Positions 24,625-36,200 of a stretch of DNA of 64,000 nucleotides are shown piece after piece. The DNA is taken from the NCBI GenBank assembly GCA_977017645.1, contig OZ360236.1, forward strand, positions 37,944,001 to 38,008,000, read 5' to 3'. The DNA is from Torpedo marmorata (Eukaryota). Made by a program: the position numbers and the translations under genes. How positions within the stretch are numbered: position 1 is the stretch's first letter; each line of letters begins with the position of its first letter. The notes under the pieces were generated by a model. That model was not told the DNA's origin, did no database searches, and worked only from the letters and a program-made list of their open reading frames with translations.

Positions 24625-27600
24625 TGATATACCTATCAATAACTGACGCGAGTCTAGAAGTGCAGGAATTAACAGGCTTTTATTAACAGAATCAAAGCCA
24701 GGGCTAGCTATGCCTTGACCTGATGATCCCTGCTGGATTGTCCAGGAACTGGGGAGGAGTTGCTGGCTCAAGGCCTTTATTCCAGGTAAAGGGGGAGGGG
24801 TCACCGGGACAGACAGACAGGTCATGGTCATACCTGCCTCAGGCCACAATACATACAAAGTGGTTTACCACATTCACCCCTTCTTTTAGAACAAGTCCGA
24901 CGGGGGGGTGAAGTGGATACTGTAAAAAGAAAAAAATACAAAATACATAGATAATATACAGTTTTTACAGGTCGAGTTTCGCCGGCGGCCGGATTTGCCG
25001 CCGTGACCTGCGTAGCGCCAGCGGTGATGGTAGTGGTTGTGGAATGAGGGTACGAGTGAGAAAACGTGATACCTGCGGAGATGGTTGTGGCTGTGGAATG
25101 GGAGTAGGTACAGTAGGGTGGATCTGGGGCTGGTTCGCCTCCTGCCTGGCTAGTGGCCAGACCAGCTGTGACGGAGACAACGTCGTGCTGGGAGGCGGAT
25201 GGGCCGGAGGGGGCAGCTGCGACCCGGCGTTTCCGCTGTCGGGGACCTCTTCAGACGCTCCTGCAGGCGCCAGGTCCCGTATTGACACCGTGTCTTCCCG
25301 CCCGTCGGGGAGAACCACGAATGCGTACTGCGGGTTTGCATGGATCAGCTGCACCCTCTCGACTAAGGGCTCGTACTTGCTACTCCGAAGATGTTTGCGG
25401 AGTAGCACCGGCCCCGGGGACGTCAGCCAGGCAGGGAGTGTAGTCCCGGTGGTCGATTTTCTGGGGAAGGAAAAGATACGTTCGTGAGGGGTAGTGTTAG
25501 TGGCGGTACATAAGAGAGATCGTATAGAGTGGAGGGCGTCCGGGAGAACCTCCTGCCAGCGAGCCACTGGCCACCCTTTTGCTTTCAGGGCCAGTAGTGT
25601 CGCTGTCCATACTGTGGCGTTCTCCCTCTCCACCTGTCCGTTCCCCCGTGGGTTGTACCCCGTGGTCCTACTGGTAGCGATGCCTCGGGTCTGCAAGTGC
25701 TGTCGCAGCTCCCCGCTCATGAACGCGGACCCCCGGTCGCTGTGGACATAGTTGGGGAACCCGAACACGGTGAAAACCTGGTGGAGAGCCTTGATAGCCG
25801 CCGCCGCCGAGGTATCTGGGCAGGGGATGGCAAAGGGGAACCGCGAGTACTCATCGATGATGTTGAGGAAGTACACATTGCGGTTCGTGGAGGGGAGGGG
25901 GCCCTTGAAGTCTATACTGAGACGTTCGAACGGGCGGGTGGCTTTGACCAGCTGTGCTCTGTCGGGGCGGTAGTACTGCGGTTTGCATTCCGCACAGACT
26001 CGGCAGCTGCTGGTCATGGTCTTGACCTCATCCAGGGAGAAAGGCAGGTTCCGTGCTTTAATGAAGTGAAACAGCCTGGTAACTCCTGGGTGGCAGAGGT
26101 CATTATGTAGGGAGTATAACCGGTCGATCTGCGCGCTGGCGCACGATCCCCGGGATAGAGTGTCAGGGGGCTCGTTGAGCTTCCCGGGCCGGTAAAGGAT
26201 GTCGTAATTGTAGGTGGAGAGTTCTATTCTCCACCTCATGATTTTGTCGTTTTTAATTTTACCCCGCTGCTGGCTGTTAAACATGAAAGCGACGGAGCGC
26301 TGGTCCGTCAGCAGGGTAAAATGTTTTCCGGCGAGATAGTGCCTCCAGTGCCGGACAGCCTCGACAATGGCCTGGGCCTCTTTCTCTACCGCGGAGTGCC
26401 GAATTTCGGGGCCTTGAAGGGTGCGGGAGAAAAACGCTACCGGTCTTCCCGCCTGGTTGAGGGTAGCAGCCAGTGCGAAGTCCGATGCGTCACTCTCTAC
26501 CTGAAAAGGTTCCGACTCGTCCACTGCGTGCATCGCTGCTCGGGCGATGTCCCCTTTTATGAGGTCGAAAGCCTCACGTGCCTCCGCTGCCAGGGGAAAC
26601 TTGGTGGACTTGACGAGGGGTCGGGCTTTGTCCGAGTAGTTTGGGACCCATTGTGCATAATAGGAAAAGAACCCGAGGCATCGTTTAAGTGCTTTGGGGG
26701 TAACGGGGATCGGAAGTTCCAACAGGGGGCGCATGCGGTCGGGGTCGGGTCCAATCACCCCGTTTTCCACGACGCACCCCAGGATAGCGAGTCGGGTAGT
26801 CCCGAACACGCATTTCTCCTTGTTATATGTGAGGTTCAGCGTCTCGGCCGCCTGTAAGAACTTCCGAAGGTTCCTATCGTGATCCTGGCGATCATGACCA
26901 CAAATGGTGATGTCGTCCAGGTACGGGAAGGTGGCAGTGAGCTTGAACTGGTCAATGATCCTGTCCATCTCCCTTTGGAACACGGATACCCCATTTGTTA
27001 CCCCGAAGGGAACGCGCAGAAAATGGAATAATCTGCCGTCCGCCTCGAAAGCGGTGTATACTCGGTCCTCCCGGCGGATTGGGAGCTGATGGTAAGCCGA
27101 CTTAAGGTCGATGGTGGAGAACACTTTATATTGAGCAATCTGGTTGACCATATCCGCGATCTTCGGCAGCGGATAGGCGTCCAGTTGCGTGAACCGGTTG
27201 ATGGTCTGGCTATAGTCCACCACCATCCGGCTCTTAGCCCCGTTCTTTACCACGACTACCTGTGCTCTCCAGGGGCTATTACTGGGTGCAATGATCCCTT
27301 CCCCCAGTAAACGCTGCACCTCCGCCTTAATAAACGCCCTGTCCCCTGTACTGTATCGCCTACTTTTAGTTGCGATGGGCTTACAGTCAGGGGTAAGGTT
27401 GGCGAAGAGTGGCGGGGGTTGGGTCTTTAGTGTGGAGAGACCACAGGTAGTCTGGGGCGTATTAATTAAATACTGGGGGTTAGTCACAACGATTGGGGGG
27501 TGGGGCCCATCATAGTGCATGGTGACGCTACGCAGGTGGCTTTGGAAGTCCAATCCCAGCAATACAGGAGCACACAAACGGGGCATGATTAGCAATGAAA

Positions 27601-29343
27601 ACTCTCGATATTCCGTGCCCTGTACCACTATATTCGCCACACAACCCCCCCGGATGTCTGTTGTGTGCGTTCCAGACGCCATGGCCACCCTCTGGCTTAC
27701 CGGTACAATGGTGAGGCCACAGCGCTGGGCAGTGTCTGGATGGATAAAACTTTCTGTACTGCCTGTGTCGAACAGGCAGGTGGTCTTATGCCCCTCAACG
27801 AGAATGTCCATCATGGATCTGGACAGTTGATGGGGCGCGCTCTGGTCCAGCGTCACGGATGCCAGGGTCGAGACGAAGTCTTGATCTTGATCCGGTGGCA
27901 GCTCCCGTAGCTCGTACGTGTCGCTACGAGAGGGTGGAGTCGGAAGTGCTGGAAGTGCTGCGGTGAGGTTATAAAATGGCCGCGCCGGAAATGTAGAGAT
28001 CGGAAGTGTGGACCAAGATGGCCGCCTCCAGTCCTCACACGAGGTCTCAGCAGGAAGTGATGTCATGTAAGATGGCCGCCTCCTCCCGTCGCACGTGGCG
28101 CTGCTGGAAAACGGAAGTGCTGCGCGCTGTGATGGCTGCCTCCAGACCTCACACGAGGTCTCCGCCGGAAGTGGAGTCGAGTAAGATGGCCGCTCCCGTA
28201 CCTCGCACGCGGCGCTGCTCGGACCCGTGCGCGACTTGGAGCGGCAGACCTTAGCATAGTGGCCTTTCTTGCCACAGCTAGAACAAGTCGCGTCTCGGGC
28301 CGGGTAGCGCTTGCGCGGGTGCTTGTCGAGCCCGCAGAAGTAGCACTTCTCGGGCTCCCGGGTGATAGCGGCGGCGGTTAACTCACGGGTAGCGGCGGGC
28401 TCTCGGGCAGCGGCGGCAGCGGCCAACTCACGGATAGCGTCGGCGGCGGCGAGCGGGTCCCGGTAGACGGCAGCAGCCGTCGCGTTGCTTGTAGGGCTGA
28501 CGGTTGGGGCGATCCAAGAAGCAGGCTGCGCCTGCATAGCGTCGGCGTTCTTTAGGGCTGAGTCCAGATTCAGTATGTTCTGGACAGTCGATTTCAGGGT
28601 CAGATCGGCGTGTTCCAGCAATCGCTGGCGGATGTAGCCCGACCTGATCCCTCTTATGATAGTGTCCCTTGCCAGTATCTCGGAGTGTTGCTCAGCCGTC
28701 AGGGCTCGACAGTCACACGCTCGCACCAGGAGCATCACGTCCTGGATATATTCGGAGACCGACTCTCCGGGTCGCTGGTACCGCTGCGATATCCAGTGCC
28801 TTGCGAAAATCTCGTTCGCAGGCGTCAGGTACAGCGTTCGGAGGGCGACCAAGGCATCATCAAAAGTCCTACAGTCTCTGACGGCGCCATACACTCGCTT
28901 GCTTACCCTGGACATGAGGATATCGAGTTTCTGCTCATCAGTAGCTGCTCCGGACGACCTCATGTAGGCTGTGAAGCAGCGTTGCCAAAGTTCGAAATCG
29001 CTTGCAGCGTCTTGGGCCAGGGGGTCGATGTATAGCTTGTCTGGCTTTAACAAATTCTCCATTGATTCGTATTTTGTTGAAACTGTTAATAAAATTGATA
29101 TACCTATCAATAACTGACGCGAGTCTAGAAGTGCAGGAATTAACAGGCTTTTATTAACAGAATCAAAGCCAGGGCTAGCTATGCCTTGACCTGATGATCC
29201 CTGCTGGATTGTCCCGGAACTGGGGAGGAGTTGCTGGCTCAAGGCCTTTATTCCAGGTAAAGGGGGAGGGGTCACTGGGACAGACAGACAGGTCATGGTC
29301 ATACCTGCCTCAGGCCACAATACATACAAAGTGGTTTACCACA
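24625..29343 (-). mobile_element. Intact Gypsy/Ty3 LTR retrotransposon
   Basis: 248-bp TG...CA LTRs at 24625-24872 and 29096-29343 with about 2 differences. TSD tggtt at 24620-24624 and 29344-29348. PPT aaaagaaggggtgaa next to the 3' LTR. Confidence 0.96.
24965..29062 (-). CDS. Gypsy Gag-Pol polyprotein (Gag zinc knuckles, PR, RT, RNase H, IN)
   Basis: Single open frame with CSSCGKKGHYAKVC, LFDTGS, YLDD, ESDASD, HNDLCH..CRVC and a DDE integrase. Start placed at MENLLK, the first ATG after the LTR. Confidence 0.94.
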   Translation of the reverse strand: MENLLKPDKLYIDPLAQDAASDFELWQRCFTAYMRSSGAATDEQKLDILMSRVSKRVYGAVRDCRTFDDALVALRTLYLTPANEIFARHWISQRYQRPGESVSEYIQDVMLLVRACDCRALTAEQHSEILARDTIIRGIRSGYIRQRLLEHADLTLKSTVQNILNLDSALKNADAMQAQPASWIAPTVSPTSNATAAAVYRDPLAAADAIRELAAAAAAREPAATRELTAAAITREPEKCYFCGLDKHPRKRYPARDATCSSCGKKGHYAKVCRSKSRTGPSSAACEVRERPSYSTPLPAETSCEVWRQPSQRAALPFSSSATCDGRRRPSYMTSLPAETSCEDWRRPSWSTLPISTFPARPFYNLTAALPALPTPPSRSDTYELRELPPDQDQDFVSTLASVTLDQSAPHQLSRSMMDILVEGHKTTCLFDTGSTESFIHPDTAQRCGLTIVPVSQRVAMASGTHTTDIRGGCVANIVVQGTEYREFSLLIMPRLCAPVLLGLDFQSHLRSVTMHYDGPHPPIVVTNPQYLINTPQTTCGLSTLKTQPPPLFANLTPDCKPIATKSRRYSTGDRAFIKAEVQRLLGEGIIAPSNSPWRAQVVVVKNGAKSRMVVDYSQTINRFTQLDAYPLPKIADMVNQIAQYKVFSTIDLKSAYHQLPIRREDRVYTAFEADGRLFHFLRVPFGVTNGVSVFQREMDRIIDQFKLTATFPYLDDITICGHDRQDHDRNLRKFLQAAETLNLTYNKEKCVFGTTRLAILGCVVENGVIGPDPDRMRPLLELPIPVTPKALKRCLGFFSYYAQWVPNYSDKARPLVKSTKFPLAAEAREAFDLIKGDIARAAMHAVDESEPFQVESDASDFALAATLNQAGRPVAFFSRTLQGPEIRHSAVEKEAQAIVEAVRHWRHYLAGKHFTLLTDQRSVAFMFNSQQRGKIKNDKIMRWRIELSTYNYDILYRPGKLNEPPDTLSRGSCASAQIDRLYSLHNDLCHPGVTRLFHFIKARNLPFSLDEVKTMTSSCRVCAECKPQYYRPDRAQLVKATRPFERLSIDFKGPLPSTNRNVYFLNIIDEYSRFPFAIPCPDTSAAAAIKALHQVFTVFGFPNYVHSDRGSAFMSGELRQHLQTRGIATSRTTGYNPRGNGQVERENATVWTATLLALKAKGWPVARWQEVLPDALHSIRSLLCTATNTTPHERIFSFPRKSTTGTTLPAWLTSPGPVLLRKHLRSSKYEPLVERVQLIHANPQYAFVVLPDGREDTVSIRDLAPAGASEEVPDSGNAGSQLPPPAHPPPSTTLSPSQLVWPLARQEANQPQIHPTVPTPIPQPQPSPQVSRFLTRTLIPQPLPSPLALRRSRRQIRPPAKLDL

Positions 29344-29607
29344 TGGTTATATAATCTTTGCTTCCTATGGACGCAACGGGACCTGCTGGGTTTCTCCAGC
29401 ACTTTTGTGTATTACACGACAACAGGAAGTGAAGCTTTACAAAATAGCAACTGCGCTGATGAAAGATTTTTAACAAAGAATGGTTAGCATTTGTCACATA
29501 AATTTCATTCATAATATGTTGAGATTTCCAGCTGATTATTTTTCTCCTTTATAAGTAAGCAAACATATAATTGGAAGGAAATGTAGGTCACAGACTTCCC
29601 ATTATTA

Positions 29608-30043
29608 TTATTTTTTTATATTATTTTATTTAAACTTTTAAATCACAAAATACATAAAATAAAATATAAAATTATCAAAATACATGTGATACATTTTCAT
29701 CCCCCCACCCTCCCTCCCCTCCCCAACCCCCCCATCCCCACTAATCTAGTAAAATTAAAATAAAAGTAAAAATAGAAAAAAGAAAGAAAGAAAAAGATTG
29801 AATAAGGAGAATACCATCTATAAACTAATTCTATTATGGAGGTCAAATATGCCAGTAGATCCGATATCCAGAGATCTTCAAATCCTTAAACCCACAGCTC
29901 TCATATATGGGCTCCAAATTTTCAAGAAGAAATGATATTTATTACGTAAATTATAAGTAATTTTTTCAAGTGGTATACACGAACGAAGTTCTGCATGCCA
30001 TCTTTCTAATCCTAAATCTAAGTCAGATTTCCAAGTAATAGCA
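29608..30043 (-). mobile_element. 5'-truncated L1 3' end
   Basis: Matches the ORF2 C-terminus and 3' UTR of the other L1 copies. TSD acagacttcccattatta at 29590-29607 and 30044-30061. Confidence 0.9.
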
Positions 30044-30186
30044 ACAGACTTCCCATTATTACACGTATACCGTAGTTAAGGTGCTCTATGAATTTTTATA
30101 TTTACATGACTAAGCATTATGACAACTATTGTGGGGACTTCCACAACGTGTACTTACTAACTTGATTGTGTTTTCTTGTCTCTTAG

Positions 30187-30365
30187 GTCCAAGTTGCAGG
30201 TCGATTTGTAACTTTTCTATTTGATCCTCATTCATTTGATTCAGTTGTATCAGAATCCAGTGCAAAATTGGACTTTAGAAAGTATTCATTAGCTTTAATG
30301 GATAGAATCTTCAACCTTCAGCTTCCAAACTATGATCACCATGAAGAGAAGACTTTGATGAAAAT
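30187..30365 (+). CDS. PTGIS: Prostacyclin synthase coding exon 3
   Basis: cttag|...|gtgagt, 179 bp. Encodes VQVAGRFVTFLFDPHSFDSVVSESSAKLDFRKYSLALMDRIFNLQLPNYDHHEEKTLMK; phase matches exon 2. Confidence 0.92.
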
Positions 30366-30559
30366 GTGAGTACTCTGCATTTAACTAAGATATATCCTGA
30401 AGTGTACTACAAAAAAATGATTAATTTTCTGAACAAGCCTTCTCCAAGAAATTCTTCTGAAGAACTGTAAAGCCACACTTTCTTGACAATATAAAGCATT
30501 CAAAAACATTAAATTTAAAAAAGTATTAAAACTGGGATTTCTTCTCAATGGGGGCTGAG

Positions 30560-30915
30560 TGATGATCCCACAGAGGATTTTTTTTAAATTAAGAGGGGCA
30601 CAAATAGAGTCAGAATCATTTTCCAAGGGTAGGTGAGTCTAGAAGGCATAGGTTTAAGGTGAGAGGGAAGAAATTTTAAAGGAAATCAAAGGGGCAAGGT
30701 TTTTATTCGGTGGGTGATGGGTATTTAGAACGAGCTGGCAGTGTGCGTGATTGACAACATTTAAAGGCATTTGGACAGGAACTTGTTCAGGAAAGGAGTA
30801 GATGGATGTGGGCCTAATACATGCAAATGGGATTTGTAGATGGGCAAAACGGGTGGAAGGATGAGTTGAGCCAAAGGACCCATTTTTGTAGAGTGGAACT
30901 CTAAGCATCTCTGAC
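30560..30915 (+). mobile_element. Old CR1 3' fragment
   Basis: Decayed RGH.FKVRG..FKG..RG.FF-type C-terminus and CR1-like 3' UTR. Confidence 0.6.
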
Positions 30916-31715
30916 CTGAACTTCATGAAGATGAATTAAAATATTTTAAATTCATTGTATTTGTTTTTAATTATTTGTTGCTGTACTGAGGCCACCAATT
31001 ATTTATTTTTATATTACCGTAACTATTCCGAAGGTTTTAAATGCTTTGCTGTTCTTTATAGGTTAGTTGTGTCCACATCTTTTGTTTCAAATACGTCAAA
31101 TGCTGCGGACAGAACTAGGACAAGTGCCTAGAAACTGGATTTCGCCCTGGTACATTGAACGAGTGCGATATTGTGCCGACACACAAAAGCTGACCTGTGT
31201 GTTTCTCTGCAGATTGCTGAAGAGATCGCAGTTACTGCATATTTATTACTAGGAATCATGGGAAGCAGGTCACAGCCTAATATTACTCTCTCCATGGTGG
31301 CTTCAGTACAGCCACAGAAAAGGTTGAGGCAAGAAAGATGGGATACATCTTCAATATCTGTGGCCACAACCCCCTACAATTTCTGAGCAGTTCAAATCCC
31401 AGGCCATGAGTTGCCCCAGATCACTCTGCTGGGACTGCTGTGTGAGCCTCTACAGTGTATAGCCACAACAAATACTGAGACCCAGTAATGTCACATGACA
31501 TATACAGAGCATTAAAAACTCAGGCTGGTAACAGCAGATAGTTAAATGTTGATATTCTTGTAGACTTTCTGCAGGATCTGATTCTTCTTTTTCAAAAAGA
31601 AGGCTGTAGACTGCACATAGTCAATAGAGTTATAGAGTCATACATCACAAGCATCACCTATGGCCTACCATATCTATACCAACCATTGAGTACCTATAAA
31701 TATATATATATTTAT

Positions 31716-34180
31716 CATATAGACCTATTTCATTATTAAATGTAGATTATAAAATAATGGCAAAAATTCTAGCAAACAGAATGGCTAAATATTTGCCAGA
31801 TTTGATACATATAGACCAAGCTGGTTTAATTAAAAATAGATATTCAAAGGATAATATAGCTAGATTAATTAGTTTAATTAGTTTGCATAAAAAGAAACAA
31901 GATTTACCATTAGTTGTAACATTAGACGCTGAAAAGGCTTTTGATAGATTAGAATGGAATTTTTTATTTAAGGTATTAGAAAAATTTGGTTTTGGAAATA
32001 CATTTATAAACTGGATTAAAACTATATATAAAGAACCATCAGCTAAAGTAATTACAAATGGACAAATATCGCCAAAATTTTCTTTGACACGTTCTACGAG
32101 ACAGGGATGTCCCCTGTCACCAGCTTTATTTGTTTTGGCGATAGAACCCTTTGTTGAAGTAGTTAGAAAAGATCCTAAAATAGTGGGTATTAAAGTTGGT
32201 ATGGAAGAACATAAGATTAGTTTGTTCGCAGATGATGTATTGATATATATGACAAAATCTATTATATCACTTCAACAACTATCTATTATATTAAGAGAAT
32301 ATGGTGAAATATCTGGATATAAAATTAATTTGGATAAAAGTGAAATAATGGCTTTATCTCAAGGTGATTACACTAGATGTAAAGAAATTACACAATTTAA
32401 ATGGGCTAAAGAAGGAATTAAATATTTGGGGGTTAAGGTTGATACAAAATTGGAAAATTTATATAAATTAAATTATCTACCATTATTTGTGAAAATAAAG
32501 AAAGATTTAGAGAATTGGAAAGACTTACCCATAACTTTAATGGGAAGGGTAAATTGTATTAAAATGAATATTTTTCCAAGAGTTCAGTATCTTTTTCAAT
32601 CAATTCCTTTTGGAATTCCTCAAAAATTTTTTAAAGATTTAAATTTTATTATTAGGAAATTTTTATGGAAAGGAAAGTTAGCAAGAGTAAGCATGGAAAA
32701 GTTAACCTGGAATTATGAGATGGGTGGATTGCAACTTCCTAATTTTCAAAATTATTATAAAGCAGCTCAATTAAAATTTGTCAATGAATTTTTTGATTCA
32801 ACTAAATCTTCTGCTTGGATTAAAATAGAATTAAATAATATAGGAGAAAATCTTAAAGAAGAAATTATTTATAAATGGGATTCTAAATTAATATTATTAA
32901 AAAAGAAAAATTCACCGATTATTAAACATTTGTTAGAAATATGGGGTAAGACGAATAAAGAGATAGGTGGAAGAGGATTAATTTCTTCAAATATGCCATT
33001 ATATCAAAATGGACTTATATCATTTACTGTTTATAATCAGTTACTTAAAATTTGGTTTCAAAAAGGTATTAAGAAGATTAATGATTGTTTTGAAGCTGGA
33101 AAATTTATTACGTTTCAAAGAATGAAAGATAAATTTAATATACCAGATAATACATTTTTAGCTTATTATCAAGTTAAAGCTTTTTTGACTGAGAAATTAG
33201 GTTATGCTTTGATTTTACCAAGACAAAATGAATTAGAATTATTAGTTACTAATGGAGATGTTAATAAATTTATTTCTCAAATGTATAAATTGTTTCAGAG
33301 GAAAATGCCTAAAATAGGATTGCATAAATCAAGATTAAAATGGGAATTAGATTTAAATGTAAATATAGATGAAAATCACTGGAAAGATTTATGTAAGTTA
33401 AGTATGACGAAAATTATTAATGTTAGATATAGATTAGTACAATATAATTTCTTTCATCAATTATATTTAACACCTAAAAAATTAAAGAAATTTAATCCGA
33501 CATTATCAGGACTATGTTTTAGATGCAATAATGAGGAAGGTTCTTTTGTTCATTCTACATGGTTTTGTCCAAAGATTCAAGATTTTTGGTTGAAAGTTTA
33601 AAAAATTTTAGATAAAATATTTAATATTACATTTCCAATGGATCCTATGTTATTTTTATTTGGAGATATTAAAAAATTTAGTATTAAAAAGAAATTAAAT
33701 ATGATTCAAGTAGAATTTTTTCGAATTGCTTTAGCTGTTTCGAAAAAATGCATTGCTATTACTTGGAAATCTGATTTAGATTTAGGATTAGAAAGATGGC
33801 ATGCAGAGCTCCGTTCGTGTATACCACTGGAAAAAATTATTTATAATTTACGTAATAAATATCATTTCTTCTTGAAAATTTGGAGCCCATATATGAGAGC
33901 TGTGGGTTTAAGGATCTGAAGATCTCTAGATATCGGATCTACTGGCATATTTGACCTCCGTAATAGAATTAGTTTATAGATGATATTCCCCTTATTCTAT
34001 CTTTTTCTTTCTTTCCTTTTTCTATTTTTACTTTTATTTTATATTACTAGATTAGTGGGGATGGGGGGGTTGGGGAGGGGAGGGAGGGTGGGGGGGTGAA
34101 AATGTATCACATGTATTTTGATAATTTTATATTTTATCTTATGTATTTTGTGATTTAAAAGTTTAAATAAAATAAAAAAA
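31716..34180 (+). mobile_element. 5'-truncated young L1 (RT through 3' UTR)
   Basis: ORFs 31757-33601 and 33638-33919 are separated by one frameshift; A tail; flanked by aaatatatatata..tttat repeats at about 31698 and 34181. Confidence 0.92.
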
Positions 34181-34209
34181 AAATATATATATATATTTAT
34201 TTATTTTTT

Positions 34210-34460
34210 TAAATTTAGACATACAGCACAGTAACAGACCCTTCCGGCCCATGAGCCCGTGCCGGCCAAATATCCCAATTAATCTAAAACCCCCGTATGT
34301 GTTTGAAAGGTGGGAGGAAACTGGAGCACCCGGAGGAAACCCATGCAGACACAGGGAGGACATGCAAACTCCTTAAAGACAGCATGGGATCCGAACCCGG
34401 GTCGCTGGTGCTATAATAGGGTTGTGCTAACCACTACGCTAACCATGTTGCACCTATGCT
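34210..34460 (-). mobile_element. tRNA-derived SINE, V-SINE-like
   Basis: Reverse complement of the SINE family at 9220 and 13097. Confidence 0.65.
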
Positions 34461-34571
34461 AACTGCGATATACTCATATCATTTACAAATACTTGATCTG
34501 GAGTCTTTCATGCCTTGGTGATTTAAAAGCTCTTTTAGATAATTCCTAAATGTTGTGAGAGTACTTGTCTT

Positions 34572-34878
34572 CAGCGTTGGCGCCAAGGGGGGGCATTCGC
34601 GGGCATTGCCCCCCCATCGCTTGCCATCAGACCCGCCCCCGTCACTAGCGTGGGTCTAGCGTCACTAGCGCAGGCGCAATAAAAGCAGCACTTTCGGATG
34701 CTACCGTCGGAAGTTTACGTCCATTCGGCAGGTAGTCCACCAGCACCCCCCTCCCCGTTCGGCAGGTAGTCCACCAGAACCCTCCCCCCCCCCGCTGAGC
34801 GAGTTTACAACTGTCAGACTGTGCCCCCCCTGGTTATCCTACTGCCCCCCTCTAACACTGGTTCTGGTGCCGACCCTG
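34572..34878. mobile_element. Possible hAT-type MITE inside an old CR1
   Basis: Imperfect TIRs cagcgttggcgcca / tggtgccgaccctg and imperfect 8-bp flanks cttgtctt / tttgcctt; a GC-rich insert in AT-rich DNA. Confidence 0.5.
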
Positions 34879-35581
34879 TTTGCCTTCATCATGCACTCAG
34901 GCAGTGTGTTCAAGATTACTACCACCATCAGAATGATAAAGTTCTTCCTCCAATCTCTTCTAAACTTCTTGCCCCAACGTATACCCTTTAGTTTTAGATA
35001 CTTATGGTGGAGGACAAAATGTTTCTTCTATCTAAACTTTCCTATGATCTGGAAAGATGCAGTTAGACTGGAGATGAGTGGACAGTACCTCAGCTATGGC
35101 CCAACCAGTATTTTATAAAGTTGTACATTAACCTCCCTCCTTTTATATTCTAAGCCGTAGCTAATGAAAATATGCATCTTTTATGCCTTCACCTCCTTAT
35201 CTGTCTTCGCTGCCATTTTCAGGGATCCTTTGATTGCACACCAAAATCCTTCCATCCCTGAGGCCTGACGATTCATTCTATATGTACTATCTTATTATTC
35301 CTTCTAAAAAGCTTCTCCTTCTACTTATCAGGATAAATTCCATCTGCCATTGCACTGCGCACCTTATCAGTATCATCCTATCATCTTCAGCTATCCTCCT
35401 CAGTTCAAAAACACCGTGGCTTTTCATGTTGTTTGCAAACGTACTAATTGTACACCCTGCATTCATACCCAAATCGTTAAAGTGTTTAACACACATTCAG
35501 AGTCCCAGCATTGATCTCTGTGGTACTACACTGATCATTGGCTTCCAATCATAAAAATAACACTCCACCCTCACCCGATTA

Positions 35582-36200
35582 CACTAGACAACAATTCTTT
35601 TTCAAAAAGTGTGCTTCCTGAAAAAAAATTGAGGATTATGATAGACAATTTCAAACCGAACACAAAGATAATTTCAGATTTGCTGTTTCACATAGGAAGT
35701 TGGAGAAATATTCAATGAACATTTATTGAATGTAGCATGTTTAATCGTATAATGATGCTGACACATTGCGTTGGTTCAACTGACCTAACAATGTTTTGCC
35801 ACTGACTTTTGTTTGTACTCAGTATCTGATGCTTCTTGTGTCAGTGTCCAACAATAGTCGGCCAGCATTGATGGATTCCACTTGCCCTGATACCGCTTTT
35901 CCATGGTTCCAATATCCTGGTGAAACCTTTCACCATGTTCGTCACTGACTGCACCAAGATCAGCAGGGAAGAAGTCCAAGTGTGAATGCAGAAAATGAAT
36001 TTTCAATGACATGTTGCACTTCATGTTTTTATATGCTTGAAGTAGACTTAAAACATGACAGGAAATCATAAAAATAGGTTATATCTAAAAAAAAACAGAG
36101 AGTGATAGGAAAATTTTAAGGTGATTTTCATGATTAGCAGCCCAAAATCCATAAAATACACTCAAAAGTGTTCAGGAAGCAAAATTTCTGTTGTCCAGTG
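35582..36200 (-). mobile_element. Internally deleted DNA transposon, Chapaev3-like (CMC superfamily)
   Basis: TIRs cactagacaaca / tgttgtccagtg with 3-bp TSD tta. Transposase C-terminal remnant MSLKIHFLHSHLDFFP...SDEHGERFHQDI...MLADYCW. Family assignment is from memory. Confidence 0.8.

Noticed and set aside
14139-29035. Numerous overlapping Pro/Ser-rich or antisense ORFs
   Set aside because: Shadow frames of GC-rich PLE and Gypsy coding sequence; no independent motifs.
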